64,000 bases of DNA. It comes from the human T2T-CHM13v2.0 reference genome, Homo sapiens. Numbering within the stretch: the stretch's first letter is position 1; each line of letters starts with the position of its first letter. The stretch lies in NCBI RefSeq assembly GCF_009914755.1, contig NC_060942.1; one strand, given 5' to 3'. Made by a program: the position numbers and the translations under genes. The notes beneath the pieces are model-generated. The model was not told the origin of the DNA. It saw only the letters and a list, made by a program, of their open reading frames with translations, and did no database searches. Of this stretch, positions 20,439-33,344 are shown piece after piece.

Positions 20439-22447
20439 GTAAGTTAAACCTGTTGTTCAATACAAATAGAGTTATTGTGTAAGTTAAAAGTAGCAAACCT
20501 TTGAGACAGTAATTCAATCAAGAATAAATTCAAACAGAAGTTTCAAACTAGGAAGGGAAAACCTATATAATGTTTGAAGTTCTTAAGTGTACCCATATTA
20601 AATATGTCTTTGGGATACATTTAGTACAGTTTTTGGAATTTTTTTTAGCATATTTACTAATAAGATCTTTATCTCCTAAAATATTGTGAATCAGTTAAAT
20701 GAAGTAATTTATTTTCATTCTGACTGAATAGTTGGTATACTATCTTATCCACATCATGTCTAGCTTTTTACTGTCTGAGTTGGGTGGGTATTTATATATA
20801 TGTGAGTCTGTACATGCATGTTGTGTTTCTTTATACACATATGTATATTTCATGCCACACACTTTATATTATTACAGAGTTTTGTTAAAGCTGGAAGCAC
20901 CTTGCCCCTGACTAACAGGGCTTGAGAGACTCAATAACTCTTTATTTTAACAGCTTATAACTGATATTATAAATGCTTTATAGTAAGGGATTTTAGTACA
21001 TGACTATAGGTTATTTGTAATTGCTGCAGTTATTTTAAAAATACTTTTGTTGGTGAATTCACCTTTATTTCACTCTTGGTCACTTGCAGGGATTGGCAAG
21101 CAGTTGTCATCACTTGAAAAAGCATTTACAGAGCTTATATAATGTGACAGTTAGTGTGCAGACTATGGGAATGTGAAGCACGGGCACCTGTGAGGTCGTT
21201 AAAGTCCCTTGGGGCACTGGGCCTTTTGTAGCTGCCTATTTCCATAGGTGCTGCACACAAGCATGCATAAGATGTTCATGGAGGGACAGAGGAGGAAGCA
21301 TGACCTGGTGATAAATATCATGGAGTGAATTCTGAAATAAACTCACATCTTTTTTTTTTAAACAAAAGTAGTTACTATGAAAACAACATGTTCTTATTAA
21401 AGACAACATATGAGAATAAATGTTACAAAAAGGTACCCTTGGTAAGATAAATGAAAAGGTATTTATGTAACCACTATTAAGAATTTGAAATATTATTTGC
21501 TTTCTTCCTTTCCTTTTCTTGCTGTTTCCTCTAATTTATATTGCTCATGACTTTGAAAAGTCGGAAATGTTCGCTAGACAATGTGTGGAAGTACAAGGAA
21601 GTCGGAGAGCAAGTGCAGGTTGGCTGAAAAACCTGGTTCAAACGGGAGCGTATGGCTCAGTCTGCAGGTGTGACAAGGGCTGGGGCGTATTGGACTAGAA
21701 AGGTATCAGTGGCTTGACCGGAGGAAGCCATTGAAGGATCTTTAGCTTAGAAGAGAAATGATAAATACAGATGTTTTAAAAAGATGCATTCATAAATTCT
21801 GATTCCCTTAAGATAATGGTGGCCACTTAACTTTGTTACATACCACACAGGCTTCCAAAATCATACAGGCTAACTATGAGAGTAGAGAGTTTAATCTGTA
21901 GCTCATGTTTAGCAGAAATGTGAGACAGAAAATACTGTGAACTTCAATTTACTGTAAGTGGGGAAAATATCCAAAATAACACAGTTAGCTCCAGAGCCAG
22001 GATGGTGCAGCAGAAGGAGATTGTCTTGGGATGCTGATATCATCCAGGTTTTGCACACAGAAGAAAATAATGCATCCTGTGAATGACTTGGGTAAGTAAA
22101 GCTTTGGGACATTGAAGGGACTTGTGGAGAAAGTACAGGTTGGAAGTGACGTTGGGGGAATGTATAGGGGCAAGGGGCACTGGTAAAGAGTTGGTGGCTC
22201 TAGGAGGCTTGGTTAGGAAGAAAAAGACAAAGTTGACCTTCCTGAAACATTATAATAACCATCAGAAGAGTCAGCCCACACCATCCCAAAAGGATGCTTT
22301 TCATTGAAGACATAGAACTTCATTGTGCCTGTAGAAGAAGGGACTCTTGGACTAAGAAACAAATTCCACCTCCCATCCTTGGAATAGGATTTCCTATTTG
22401 TACAGATTCAAGAAAAATAGCTCTTATTATTATGAATAGAAGAAACT

Positions 22448-22590
22448 CATCTTGCTGTCTCGCCCAGGCTAGAGTGCAGTGGTGTGATCATAGCTCATTG
22501 CAACCTCAAACTCCTAGGCTCACACAGTCCTCCTGCCTCAGCCTTCTAAAGGGTCGGGATCATAGACATGAGAGCCATCGTGCCTGGGCC
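22448..22590 (-). mobile_element. Alu monomer (FLAM/AluJ fragment)
   Basis: gcccaggctagagtgcagtggtgtgatcatagctca...gtgcctgggcc. Confidence 0.85.
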
Positions 22591-25500
22591 AATGTAGTTA
22601 TTAACAGAAGAAAACATAAGTGGGAAGCAAATTTTCAATTAATAAAAAATTTCTAAAAGCAAGGAAAGAAAAAACCTCAATGCAAAGTAATTCTATAACA
22701 GTGCAACAAGCCTGATTTAAATGTTACTAACCAAACAATGGTACTTAGGAAAGAACACCATAAATCAGACATTTAAAAACACAAGAATCAAAATGGAATA
22801 AATTTCTCAAGAATGTAAGAATAAAAGCTCAAGAATAAAACAGGATAACGTGAATGAGAAGGCTAACTGAACTCAGGAGAACACTGAACGTGAGCATCTG
22901 AGAAGGGAGGACCGAATCACAGCGTGCCTGTGGGGGATGCACAGTAAGAGATAGGGAGGTTGTAAAGAAGAGAGTCAAGGAAACGAGATAATCAAAGAGG
23001 TGAAAAGGACTAGAAGTTGATGGATGTGGAAGATTGGCAAGAAATACTCAACATGAGAGTCTTGAAACAAAATCATGAAATGGTTTGAAACATTGACAGC
23101 TCAAGTGTGTGTTATTAAATACAAGGATGTCTGAAGGTACACACTAAAAGGGCCCAGCATGCACGTGAGAAAACTCCAAGACGTGTAACTGCTGTCATAT
23201 TTTACATATACAGGGAAAAATCCTTTGATCTCCCTGGGAAAATGACCAGCTCCCCACAGTTGGAAGGGGCCAGGTTGGTGTCAGTGTTCTCAGCATACGG
23301 AGCCATACAAGAGCAGCACAGCCTTTCCAGGAGGCTCAGGGGAAGAATGTGTGAGTGGAGTGTTTTGCTCCTTCAAAACTGTCCTGCAAGTGCCAATTCT
23401 GTGGAGAGCAGTCTCAAGCATACAGAGTTCAGGTGTGTTGTACACATGAGCCTTTTGTGAATAATCTTACAGAGGATTAGCTCTGCCTGGCTGATAGATG
23501 ACCTGGGTGGAAGTTTTATGGTGAGCACTGAAGATCTAACAGACGTAAGAATAAAACAGTGGAGGGAGGATGGGTGGAAGATGGTACAGTGTATATGAAT
23601 TTTATACGCTTCCTCTAATAATCAGCTGAAAAGCAGGAAGAGGAGGAGAAAATAGAAGGAGCTCATTGGTTGCTACGTGGGTGTTAAGGCAGTCAGAGAC
23701 TATTGAAAGCTGACGAGCTCAATAGTAGCTGTCAAAGCAAGGAGAGTAGGATGAAGGCAGGCTACTGGGACAGTGGCAAAATGGTAGTGACCAGAAAATA
23801 CACACCTCACCAAAAAATAAATTTGGTTTTAAAAATTAGACAACAGTTGATCAATTCATATGGCTAAAGATGCATAGTATGCAGGCTCTTTCACACAGAA
23901 AATTAATTGGATCAGAAAGCCTAAAGGAAAGATATATCAAGCAAATACAAATAAAAAGGAAACAGGAGTTGCAGTCTTGGTACTTAACAAGAATACCAGT
24001 ATAGAATCGAGAAAGCATTTAGAATGAGGTGAAGAAAGATGCTATAAGATAATAAAGTCCGTCATAGGAAACTTTAACATCTACCTGCAGTTCCCAGTGG
24101 GTCAGGTGGACAGAAAGGTAGGAGAGGCATAGAAGAGAGAGCTCAGAACATGAGCAGTAAAATATATCATTTTAAATTTTTATTGAACTTTGTTCCCCAG
24201 TAATTTTTATTTGAGCATATATAGGGTGTCACCAAAAGTTGAACATACATTTGCTTGTAAAGAAATTTTTATTTCTATAACATAGAACTCATACAGACAA
24301 TATTCTCTGATCACAATGCAATAAAATTGGTAAGCAGTAACAAAATCAGTGAATGAAACGACTTTCTGCCTGTAAATGTAAATATATTAATCAATTTTTG
24401 TATCATAGGAGAAATATAAACTGAAATTGGAGAATTTCTATAAAATATTGGTAATGGAGACACTGCATATCAGAATCTGAATCTGTTTGATATGTTTGGA
24501 AATAGGAAAATTTATAATCTTTATATATATATAGCAATAAAAATAAAAATGAAAATTAATGAATTAAATAAGTATATGACAAAGTGAACAAAAAGAGTGC
24601 AGAGGGAAGGAAGAACATATAAAGGTTAAGGTCATATAACTAAAAAATAGAACCTTAAAGCCATTCTGTTAGGGTGGGGATTTCAGAGGCCAGGTAATAA
24701 AAGGAGGTAAGTTTTTTAAAAAATACTGTGTGTTAAGTGATACAATATTGATTCAGAGTAAACTGTGATAAGTAAAGGTTGCATATAATAATTCTCAGAG
24801 CAACCACTAAAAAAAGAAAGAGGTCAGTAGAGGTGATGAAGTTAGATGCTAAAGTGGGATCAACTGGTTTCTTTCCCCTGAAAAAAGACAGGTGCAGGAA
24901 ACCCAATACCAGGTGTGACAAGTAGAAAACAAAGAGCAGCAAAGAGCAAGATGGTTGACTCAGTAATTAAACGTCTCTGCAGTTAAAAGGCAGAGACTGT
25001 CAGACTGGAGAAAAACATAGTACCCCCGAATTCATAGAACTAATAGGCAACATAAAATCTACGAGAACGGATTTTTTCCTTCTAATCTATAGAATAAGGA
25101 CATGTAGTTTATTAAGACTATAGAATATTAAAATAACATTAGGAAGGCACTTCAGCATATTGACAGATATTATTAAATGCAACAGCTACATAATACACAT
25201 TTTTCAAAATCTCATGGAACAATCCCAACTATAGTTGAATATAAAACAAGTCTTAGTATATTTTTTTAAAATTGCAATTGTATATTCACTAATTACAATA
25301 TGGAATTAGAAATAAATAAAAAATCTTTAAAATCCTCAGGTATTTGGAAATTAAACTCAAAAACCTAAGTTTAAAATTAGATGGTTTAAATCCCCAATTA
25401 AATGGACAGGAGTGTCAAGTTGTATAAAAAAGCAAGATTCAAATATATGGTGCCTATAAGAAAACACATTAAAAACACAGGTAAAAAGTAAAAAATAGAT

Positions 25501-26113
25501 ACCGTACCAACACTAATCAAAGCTGGAGTTACTTATAGTAATATCACACAAAGTACATTTCAGAACATAATGAGAAAAGGGTTTATTATGGAGACAAGTA
25601 AGCCCTAAACATTTATGCACTAATAACAGAGCTGCAAAATACGGTCATGAGTTGCTTAATAGTAGAGTTACATTCTGAGAAGTAAGTTAGACCATTTCGT
25701 CATTGTGCAAACATGATGGAGTGCACTTACACAAACCTAGATCGTGTAGCCTACTACACACCTAGGTTATATGGTGTAGCCTGTTGCTCCTGTACTTCAA
25801 ACTTGTACAACATGTTACTGTGTTTAATAATGTGGGCAGTTGTCACACAATGATAAGTATCTGTGTATCTAACCATAGAAAAGGTACAGTAAAAAATGCT
25901 GTATAAAAGATTAAGAAATGATACACCTGTATAGAGTACTAACGACAAATGGAGTTTCCAGAACTAGAAGTTGGTCTGGGTGAGTCAGTGAGTGAGTGGT
26001 GAGTGAATGTGAAGGCCTGGACATGACTGCACACTACTGTAAACTTTTTAAACACTGTACATGTAAGCTACACTCAACCTATTTAAAAATGTTTTTCTTA
26101 AATAGTAAATTAA

Positions 26114-26481
<368 letters not shown>

Positions 26482-26654
26482 CTATAACTTTAATTTTTAA
26501 AAAATCTTTTTACTCTATTAATAACACTTAGCTTAAAACACAAACACATTGTACACCTGTACAAAAATATTTTCTTTATATACCTAGTCTGTAGTCTTTT
26601 TTAGTTTTTAAAAATTTTACTTTTTAAACTTTTTTTTGTTAAAAACAAAGACAC

Positions 26655-26958
26655 AGCTGGGCGTGGTGGCTCACGCCTGTAATCCCAGCAATTTGGGAGG
26701 CCGAGGCTGGTGGATCACGAGGTCAAGAGATTGAGGAGACCATCCTGGCCCATATGGTGAAACCCCATCTCTACTAAAAATACAAAAATTAGCTGGGCGT
26801 GGTGGCACATGCCTGTAGTCCCAGCTATTCAGGAGGCTGAGGCAGGAGAATCACTTGAACCCAGGAGGGTAGAGGTTGCAGTGAGCTGAGATTGTGCCAC
26901 TGCACTCCAGCCTGGTGACAGAACAAGACTACATCTGAAAAAAAAAAAAAAAGAAAAA
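26655..26958 (+). mobile_element. Alu (AluSc-like)
   Basis: Full Alu with agacaca on both flanks. Confidence 0.93.
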
Positions 26959-27877
26959 TGCAGACACACACACACACACATTAGCCTAGGCCTACTCGGA
27001 TCATCAGTATCACTGTCTCCTCCTACACATTTTGTCCTGCTGGAAGATCTCCACGTGTAATAACAGGCAGGGATTTGTCCCAGGATAACAATGTGTTTTT
27101 CTGGCAGAACCCTGGAAGGACCTGCCGGAGGCTGTTTTACAATTAAGTTTGTCTTTTTATAAGTAGAAGGAGTACACTCTCAAACAGTGATAAAAAGTAT
27201 AGTAACACATAAACTAGTAACATAGTTGTTTGTTATTTAATATTATGTACTGTACATAATTGTATGCACTAGACTTTCATGACTGGCGGCCCAGTAGTTT
27301 TGTTTTCACCACCGTCACCACAAACACGTGAGTAATGTCTAATGCTATGACATTCTGATGGCTGCAGCATGACCATGTGGTAGGAATGCTTCATCTCTGT
27401 TATACTTTGATGGGGCTACTGTGGTTTGTGCCATCCACTGTCTACTGAAATGTTGTTATGTTGTACACGATTGTACCTGAAGCAGAAACTGTTAGAACTT
27501 CAAGGAGAAACTGACAAATCCATTATGATAGTTGGAGATTTTAATACCCACTTCTCAATAATTGAACAAATGAGTAGGGAGAAAATCAGTAAGGATATAG
27601 TAGAACACTATAGTGTTGAAGAACACTATTCATGAAGTTGACCCCATTGATAGATACAGGGACTTAAGGCAGCAGGATGGGTAGCTTACCCAGTGCACAC
27701 AGAACATTTATTAAGGTATGCCAGAAAAAAGCTTAGGAAAAAAAAGGCAACTCATAAAATATGCTCTCTGACCAAGTGGGCTTCATTAAGAAATTATAAT
27801 AAAGGTTTCTCGGAAATTGCCAAATATCAGATAATAAAGGATACATTTCTGAATATCTTGTGAGTAAATGTGTTTAT

Positions 27878-30800
27878 GTCAGAGCAGAGGTGGAGGTGGG
27901 AACTGTCGGGGTCAGAGCAGAGGTGGAGGTGGGAACTGTCGGGGTCAGAGCAGAGGTGGAGGTGGGAACTGTCGGGGTCAGAGCAGAGGTGGAGGTGGGG
28001 ACTGTCGGGGTCAGAGCAGAGGTGGAGGTGGGAACTGTCGGGGTCAGAGCAGAGGTGGAGGTGGGAACTGTCGGGGTCAGAGCAGAGGTGGAGGTGGGAA
28101 CTGTCGGGGTCAGAGCAGAGGTGGAGGTGGGGACTGTCGGGGTCAGAGCAGAGGTGGAGGTGGGGACTGTCGGGGTCAGAGCAGAGGTGGAGGTGGGAAC
28201 TGTCGGGGTCAGAGCAGAGGTGGAGGTGGGAACTGTCGGGGTCAGAGCAGAGGTGGAGGTGGGAACTGTCGGGGTCAGAGCAGAGGTGGAGGTGGGGACT
28301 GTCGGGGTCAGAGCAGAGGTGGAGGTGGGGACTGTCGGGGTCAGAGCAGAGGTGGAGGTGGGAACTGTCGGGGTCAGAGCAGAGGTGGAGGTGGGAACTG
28401 TCGGGGTCAGAGCAGAGGCGGAGGTGGGGACTGTCGGGGTCAGAGCAGAGGTGGAGGTGGGGACTGTCGGGGTCAGAGCAGAGGTGGAGGTGGGAACTGT
28501 CGGGGTCAGAGCAGAGGTGGAGGTGGGGACTGTCGGGGTCAGAGCAGAGGTGGAGGTGGGGACTGTCGGGGTCAGAGCAGAGGTGGAGGTGGGAACTGTC
28601 GGGGTCAGAGCAGAGGTGGAGGTGGGAACTGTCGGGGTCAGAGCAGAGGTGGAGGTGGGAACTGTCGGGGTCAGAGCAGAGGTGGAGGTGGGAACTGTCG
28701 GGGTCAGAGCAGAGGTGGAGGTGGGAACTGTCGGGGTCAGAGCAGAGGTGGAGGTGGGAACTGTCGGGGTCAGAGCAGAGGTGGAGGTGGGGACTGTCGG
28801 GGTCAGAGCAGAGGTGGAGGTGGGAACTGTCGGGGTCAGAGCAGAGGTGGAGGTGGGAACGTTGGGGTCAGAGCAGAGGTGGAGGTGGGAACTGTCGGGG
28901 TCAGAGCAGAGGTGGAGGTGGGGACTGTCGGGGTCAGAGCAGAGGTGGAGGTGGGGACTGTCAGGGTCAGAGCAGAGGTGGAGGTGGGAACTGTCGGGGT
29001 CAGAGCAGAGGCGGAGGTGGGGACTGTCGGGGTCAGAGCAGAGGTGGAGGTGGGAACGTTGGGGTCAGAGCAGAGGTGGAGGTGGGAACTGTCGGGGTCA
29101 GAGCAGAGGTGGAGGTGGGGACTGTCGGGGTCAGAGCAGAGGCGGAGGTGGGAACTGTCGGGGTCAGAGCAGAGGTGGAGGTGGGGACTGTCGGGGTCAG
29201 AGCAGAGGCGGAGGTGGGGACTGTCGGGGTCAGAGCAGAGGTGGAGGTGGGAACTGTCGGGGTCAGAGCAGAGGTGGAGGTGGGAACTGTCGGGGTCAGA
29301 GCAGAGGTGGAGGTGGGGACTGTCGGGGTCAGAGCAGAGGTGGAGGTGGGGACTGTCGGGGTCAGAGCAGAGGTGGAGGTGGGAACTGTCGGGGTCAGAG
29401 CAGAGGTGGAGGTGGGAACTGTCGGGGTCAGAGCAGAGGTGGAGGTGGGAACTGTCGGGGTCAGAGCAGAGGTGGAGGTGGGGACTGTCGGGGTCAGAGC
29501 AGAGGCGGAGGTGGGGACTGTCGGGGTCAGAGCAGAGGTGGAGGTGGGAACTGTCGGGGTCAGAGCAGAGGCGGAGGTGGGGACTGTCGGGGTCAGAGCA
29601 GAGGTGGAGGTGGGAACGTTGGGGTCAGAGCAGAGGTGGAGGTGGGAACTGTCGGGGTCAGAGCAGAGGTGGAGGTGGGGACTGTCGGGGTCAGAGCAGA
29701 GGCGGAGGTGGGAACTGTCGGGGTCAGAGCAGAGGTGGAGGTGGGGACTGTCGGGGTCAGAGCAGAGGCGGAGGTGGGGACTGTCGGGGTCAGAGCAGAG
29801 GTGGAGGTGGGGACTGTCGGGGTCAGAGCAGAGGCGGAGGTGGGGACTGTCGGGGTCAGAGCAGAGGTGGAGGTGGGAACTGTTGGGGTCAGAGCAGAGG
29901 TGGAGGTGGGAACTGTCGGGGTCAGAGCAGAGGTGGAGGTGGGAACTGTCGGGGTCAGAGCAGAGGTGGAGGTGGGGACTGTCGGGGTCAGAGCAGAGGT
30001 GGAGGTGGGGACTGTCGGGGTCAGAGCAGAGGTGGAGGTGGGGACTGTCGGGGTCAGAGCAGAGGTGGAGGTGGGAACTGTCGGGGTCAGAGCAGAGGTG
30101 GAGGTGGGGACTGTCGGGGTCAGAGCAGAGGTGGAGGTGGGGACTGTCGGGGTCAGAGCAGAGGTGGAGGTGGGAACTGTCGGGGTCAGAGCAGAGGTGG
30201 AGGTGGGAACTGTCGGGGTCAGAGCAGAGGTGGAGGTGGGGACTGTCGGGGTCAGAGCAGAGGTGGAGGTGGGGACTGTCGGGGTCAGAGCAGAGGTGGA
30301 GGTGGGGACTGTCGGGGTCAGAGCAGAGGTGGAGGTGGGAACTGTCGGGGTCAGAGCAGAGGTGGAGGTGGGGACTGTCGGGGTCAGAGCAGAGGTGGAG
30401 GTGGGGACTGTCGGGGTCAGAGCAGAGGTGGAGGTGGGAACTGTCGGGGTCAGAGCAGAGGTGGAGGTGGGAACTGTCGGGGTCAGAGCAGAGGTGGAGG
30501 TGGGGACTGTCGGGGTCAGAGCAGAGGTGGAGGTGGGGACTGTCGGGGTCAGAGCAGAGGTGGAGGTGGGAACTGTCGGGGTCAGAGCAGAGGTGGAGGT
30601 GGGAACTGTCGGGGTCAGAGCAGAGGTGGAGGTGGGGACTGTCGGGGTCAGAGCAGAGGTGGAGGTGGGAACTGTCGGGGTCAGAGCAGAGGTGGAGGTG
30701 GGGACTGTCGGGGTCAGAGCAGAGGCGGAGGTGGGGACTGTCGGGGTCAGAGCAGAGGCGGAGGTGGGAACTGTTGGGGTCAGAGCAGAGGTGGAGGTGG

Positions 30801-31036
30801 GAACTGTCAGGGTCAGAGCAGAGGTGGAGGTGGGAACTGTTGGGGTCAGAGCAGAGGTGGAGGTGGGAACTGTCGGGGTCAGAGCAGAGGTGGAGGTGGG
30901 AACTGTTGGGGTCAGAGCAGAGGTGGAGGTGGGGACTGTCGGGGTCAGAGCAGAGGTGGAGGTGGGGACTGTCGGGGTCAGAGCAGAGGTGGAGGTGGGA
31001 ACGTTGGGGTCAGAGCAGAAGTAGTGGTGGAATTGT
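27878..31036. repeat. 33-bp G-rich minisatellite (VNTR): 95 full units of GTCAGAGCAGAGGYGGAGGTGGGRACTGTCGGG plus a degenerate end unit
   Basis: 27878-31008 is 3131 bp = 91x33 + 4x32. The 32-bp AACGTT variants lie at about 28858, 29055, 29615 and 31000. Confidence 0.99.
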
Positions 31037-31704
31037 TTTCATCAGAATAGACTTGGGTGGGGCCCTGGATTTCCAGGCCACAATGCTCAGTTGCCATTGA
31101 GGTTCTAGAGCCTGAGGCTCCCACACCCTTTTAGGAGCTGGTGCTGGCTGTTGCCCTGGCTGCTTTAGGACGGTCGGTTGGCCTCTCAGGTGCAAGTGCC
31201 AAGTGTTGAGCACAAACTGAATTTAGGAACGGGAATGGCTTCACCCCATGAGGCACAAGACGTGTGCTGATGGCCTGGTGATGGTGACCACTTGTGGGAG
31301 GCTGTGCCACTCAAAGAGAGAAACTTACTTGTGGTTTTCAAGCTAATTAAAGATACATTTACTTTGTGTAAATTACTTCAAGTTCATTCACACAGATAGC
31401 CTTTCATTGCCTTTGATGTTTTCTAACAGTTTTTTTCTCATTTTAGATATATCCATTCTGAAATCTGAATTATTTTGATGATAGTTCTTGATTTTTCTGT
31501 GTATTTTTCAAAAAGGAAGAGAATAAAGACATGATAAATAACTTGTTTATAATGAGAAAATGGAATTCAGTTAAATTCAAATTTATCAACTGGGCATTGT
31601 TAAGGAGTGGTATCCACTTATCTTCCTTTTTTATAGTGTAATATACATAAGACAAAATATCTTTTGTGTCAGCTTAAATACTTAAATAAGAATTAGAACA
31701 AATT

Positions 31705-32313
31705 GGCTGGGCATGGTGGCTCATGCTTGTAACCCTAGCACTTTGGGAGGCTGAGGTGGGAGTTGAGCCCAGGAGTTCGAGACCAGCCTGGGCAACATTG
31801 GGAGACCTAATTTACTTCTTTATTTTTTGAGATGGAGTCTTGCTGTGTTGCCCAGGCTGGAGTGCAGTGGCGTGATCTCGGCTCACTGTAGCCTGTGCCT
31901 CCTTGTTCAAGCAATTCTCCTGCCTCAGCCTCCCGAGCAGTTGGGACTACGGGTGTGCGCCACCAAGCCCAGCTAATTTTTGTATTTTTAGTAGAGACGG
32001 GGTTTCACCATATTGGTCTCGAACTCCTGACCTAGTGATCCACCCACCTCGGCCTCCCAAAGTGCTGGGATTACAGGCGTGAGTCACTGTGCCCAGCCCC
32101 TGATTTCTGATTTAAAAAAATTTTTTTTTTAATTAGCCTAGTGGGGTGGCTACAGCTGGAGCACGCCTGTAGCCTCAGCTATGTGGGAGGCGGATGTGGG
32201 AGGATTGCTGGAGCCTGCCAGGTTGAGGTGGAGCCTGCCCTGAGCTGTGATTGTACCACTGCACTGCAGCCTGGGTGACAGAGTGAGACCCTGTCCTAAA
32301 ATATATATATATA
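31705..32313 (+). mobile_element. AluJ split by a nested antisense Alu; TSD gaattagaacaaatt/gaattagagaaaatt
   Basis: Left arm 31705-~31810, right arm ~32099-32313. Confidence 0.85.
31816..32098 (-). mobile_element. Alu (AluS) inserted antisense inside the AluJ
   Basis: Complete antisense Alu flanked by cctaattt/cctgattt. Confidence 0.9.
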
Positions 32314-33344
32314 CGGAATTAGAGAAAATTAATTCAAGGTCCCTGTGGCAGTATACCCAGTATGCATGCTGATGCCTGTGCAGAATCTAATGGAGATGTG
32401 GCGCTGTGATGGTGTCTGCTTCCTCTTTCCTCAGATAATGTGAGAACAACCTAAATTACTGATTGTATAACCTTTTTCATTATGTGAATGATTGATATCG
32501 CTAATTTCACTTATTGTTCAAAATCTGTATGTATTGTCTTGGAAGTTTGGAGTTGTAAATTGTAGCCAGTTTTGAAGTATTAGCAGTATTTATAGTCCTT
32601 TAACATCACATTCCCAGTTAGTCATTTTGAGAATGTATTTTCTGCTGTAATTTCTTTTGCAAACCATAGCACACTTACATTGTTCATGTCTTCTTCAGCC
32701 AAAATACTCTCCTTCAAAAAAGCAAACCTCTGCTGTTTGTTAAGTAGGGTATGCTGTTGAGAGAACAGCATGAAATGGTAACATTTTGCATCCTCCCCCA
32801 AGCAGATTTTATCTGTTCACACTTATAGACCATTAAAGAGAAGGAAAGTGAAATAGAACATTTTAGAGATAATTTATTTTCAGTCTTCCCAGTCTTTATT
32901 CTGTGCTTCATGAGACTGGTAAAAAACTATCTTTTGGAATAATTTTCTCCATGTTAGAAAAATGTTTATAGTCAATCATCGCCATTCCAGAACTGAAAGA
33001 AAGATGCATAGATATTGTGTTTTCTTCAACATAAAATTGTGTTAGAGACAGAAACATTCATATGGAAAAATGGTCATAGAAAAGTAACAGGAAACCAGCT
33101 AAAATTTCTAAAATGAAATTATATAGAACCTTTTGTTTACATTTGAGAAACCCTTCTAAAATTTTTATGTTTTTTAATGCCCTTATTCTCTTGGACTTTG
33201 ACATTAGGAGAAAATATAGTACTAAAAGATTGACATGCATCAATAATTAAACTTTCATATCAAGTGAATCATTAGGAAGAGTTTAAAGGGAATACAATTG
33301 TGTGAATTTCTACTTGGGTGGTGAAGTCACGATGGGCATCTTCA

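Noticed and set aside
27878-31008. CRISPR-like array (unit length 33 bp)
   Set aside because: Units are head-to-tail with no unique spacers, there are no cas genes, and the context is a primate intron.
27860-31100. Three overlapping >1,000-aa ORFs as genuine protein-coding genes
   Set aside because: They are translations of one 33-bp tandem unit with no promoter, exon structure or domain. Kept only as a speculative repeat-translation lead.
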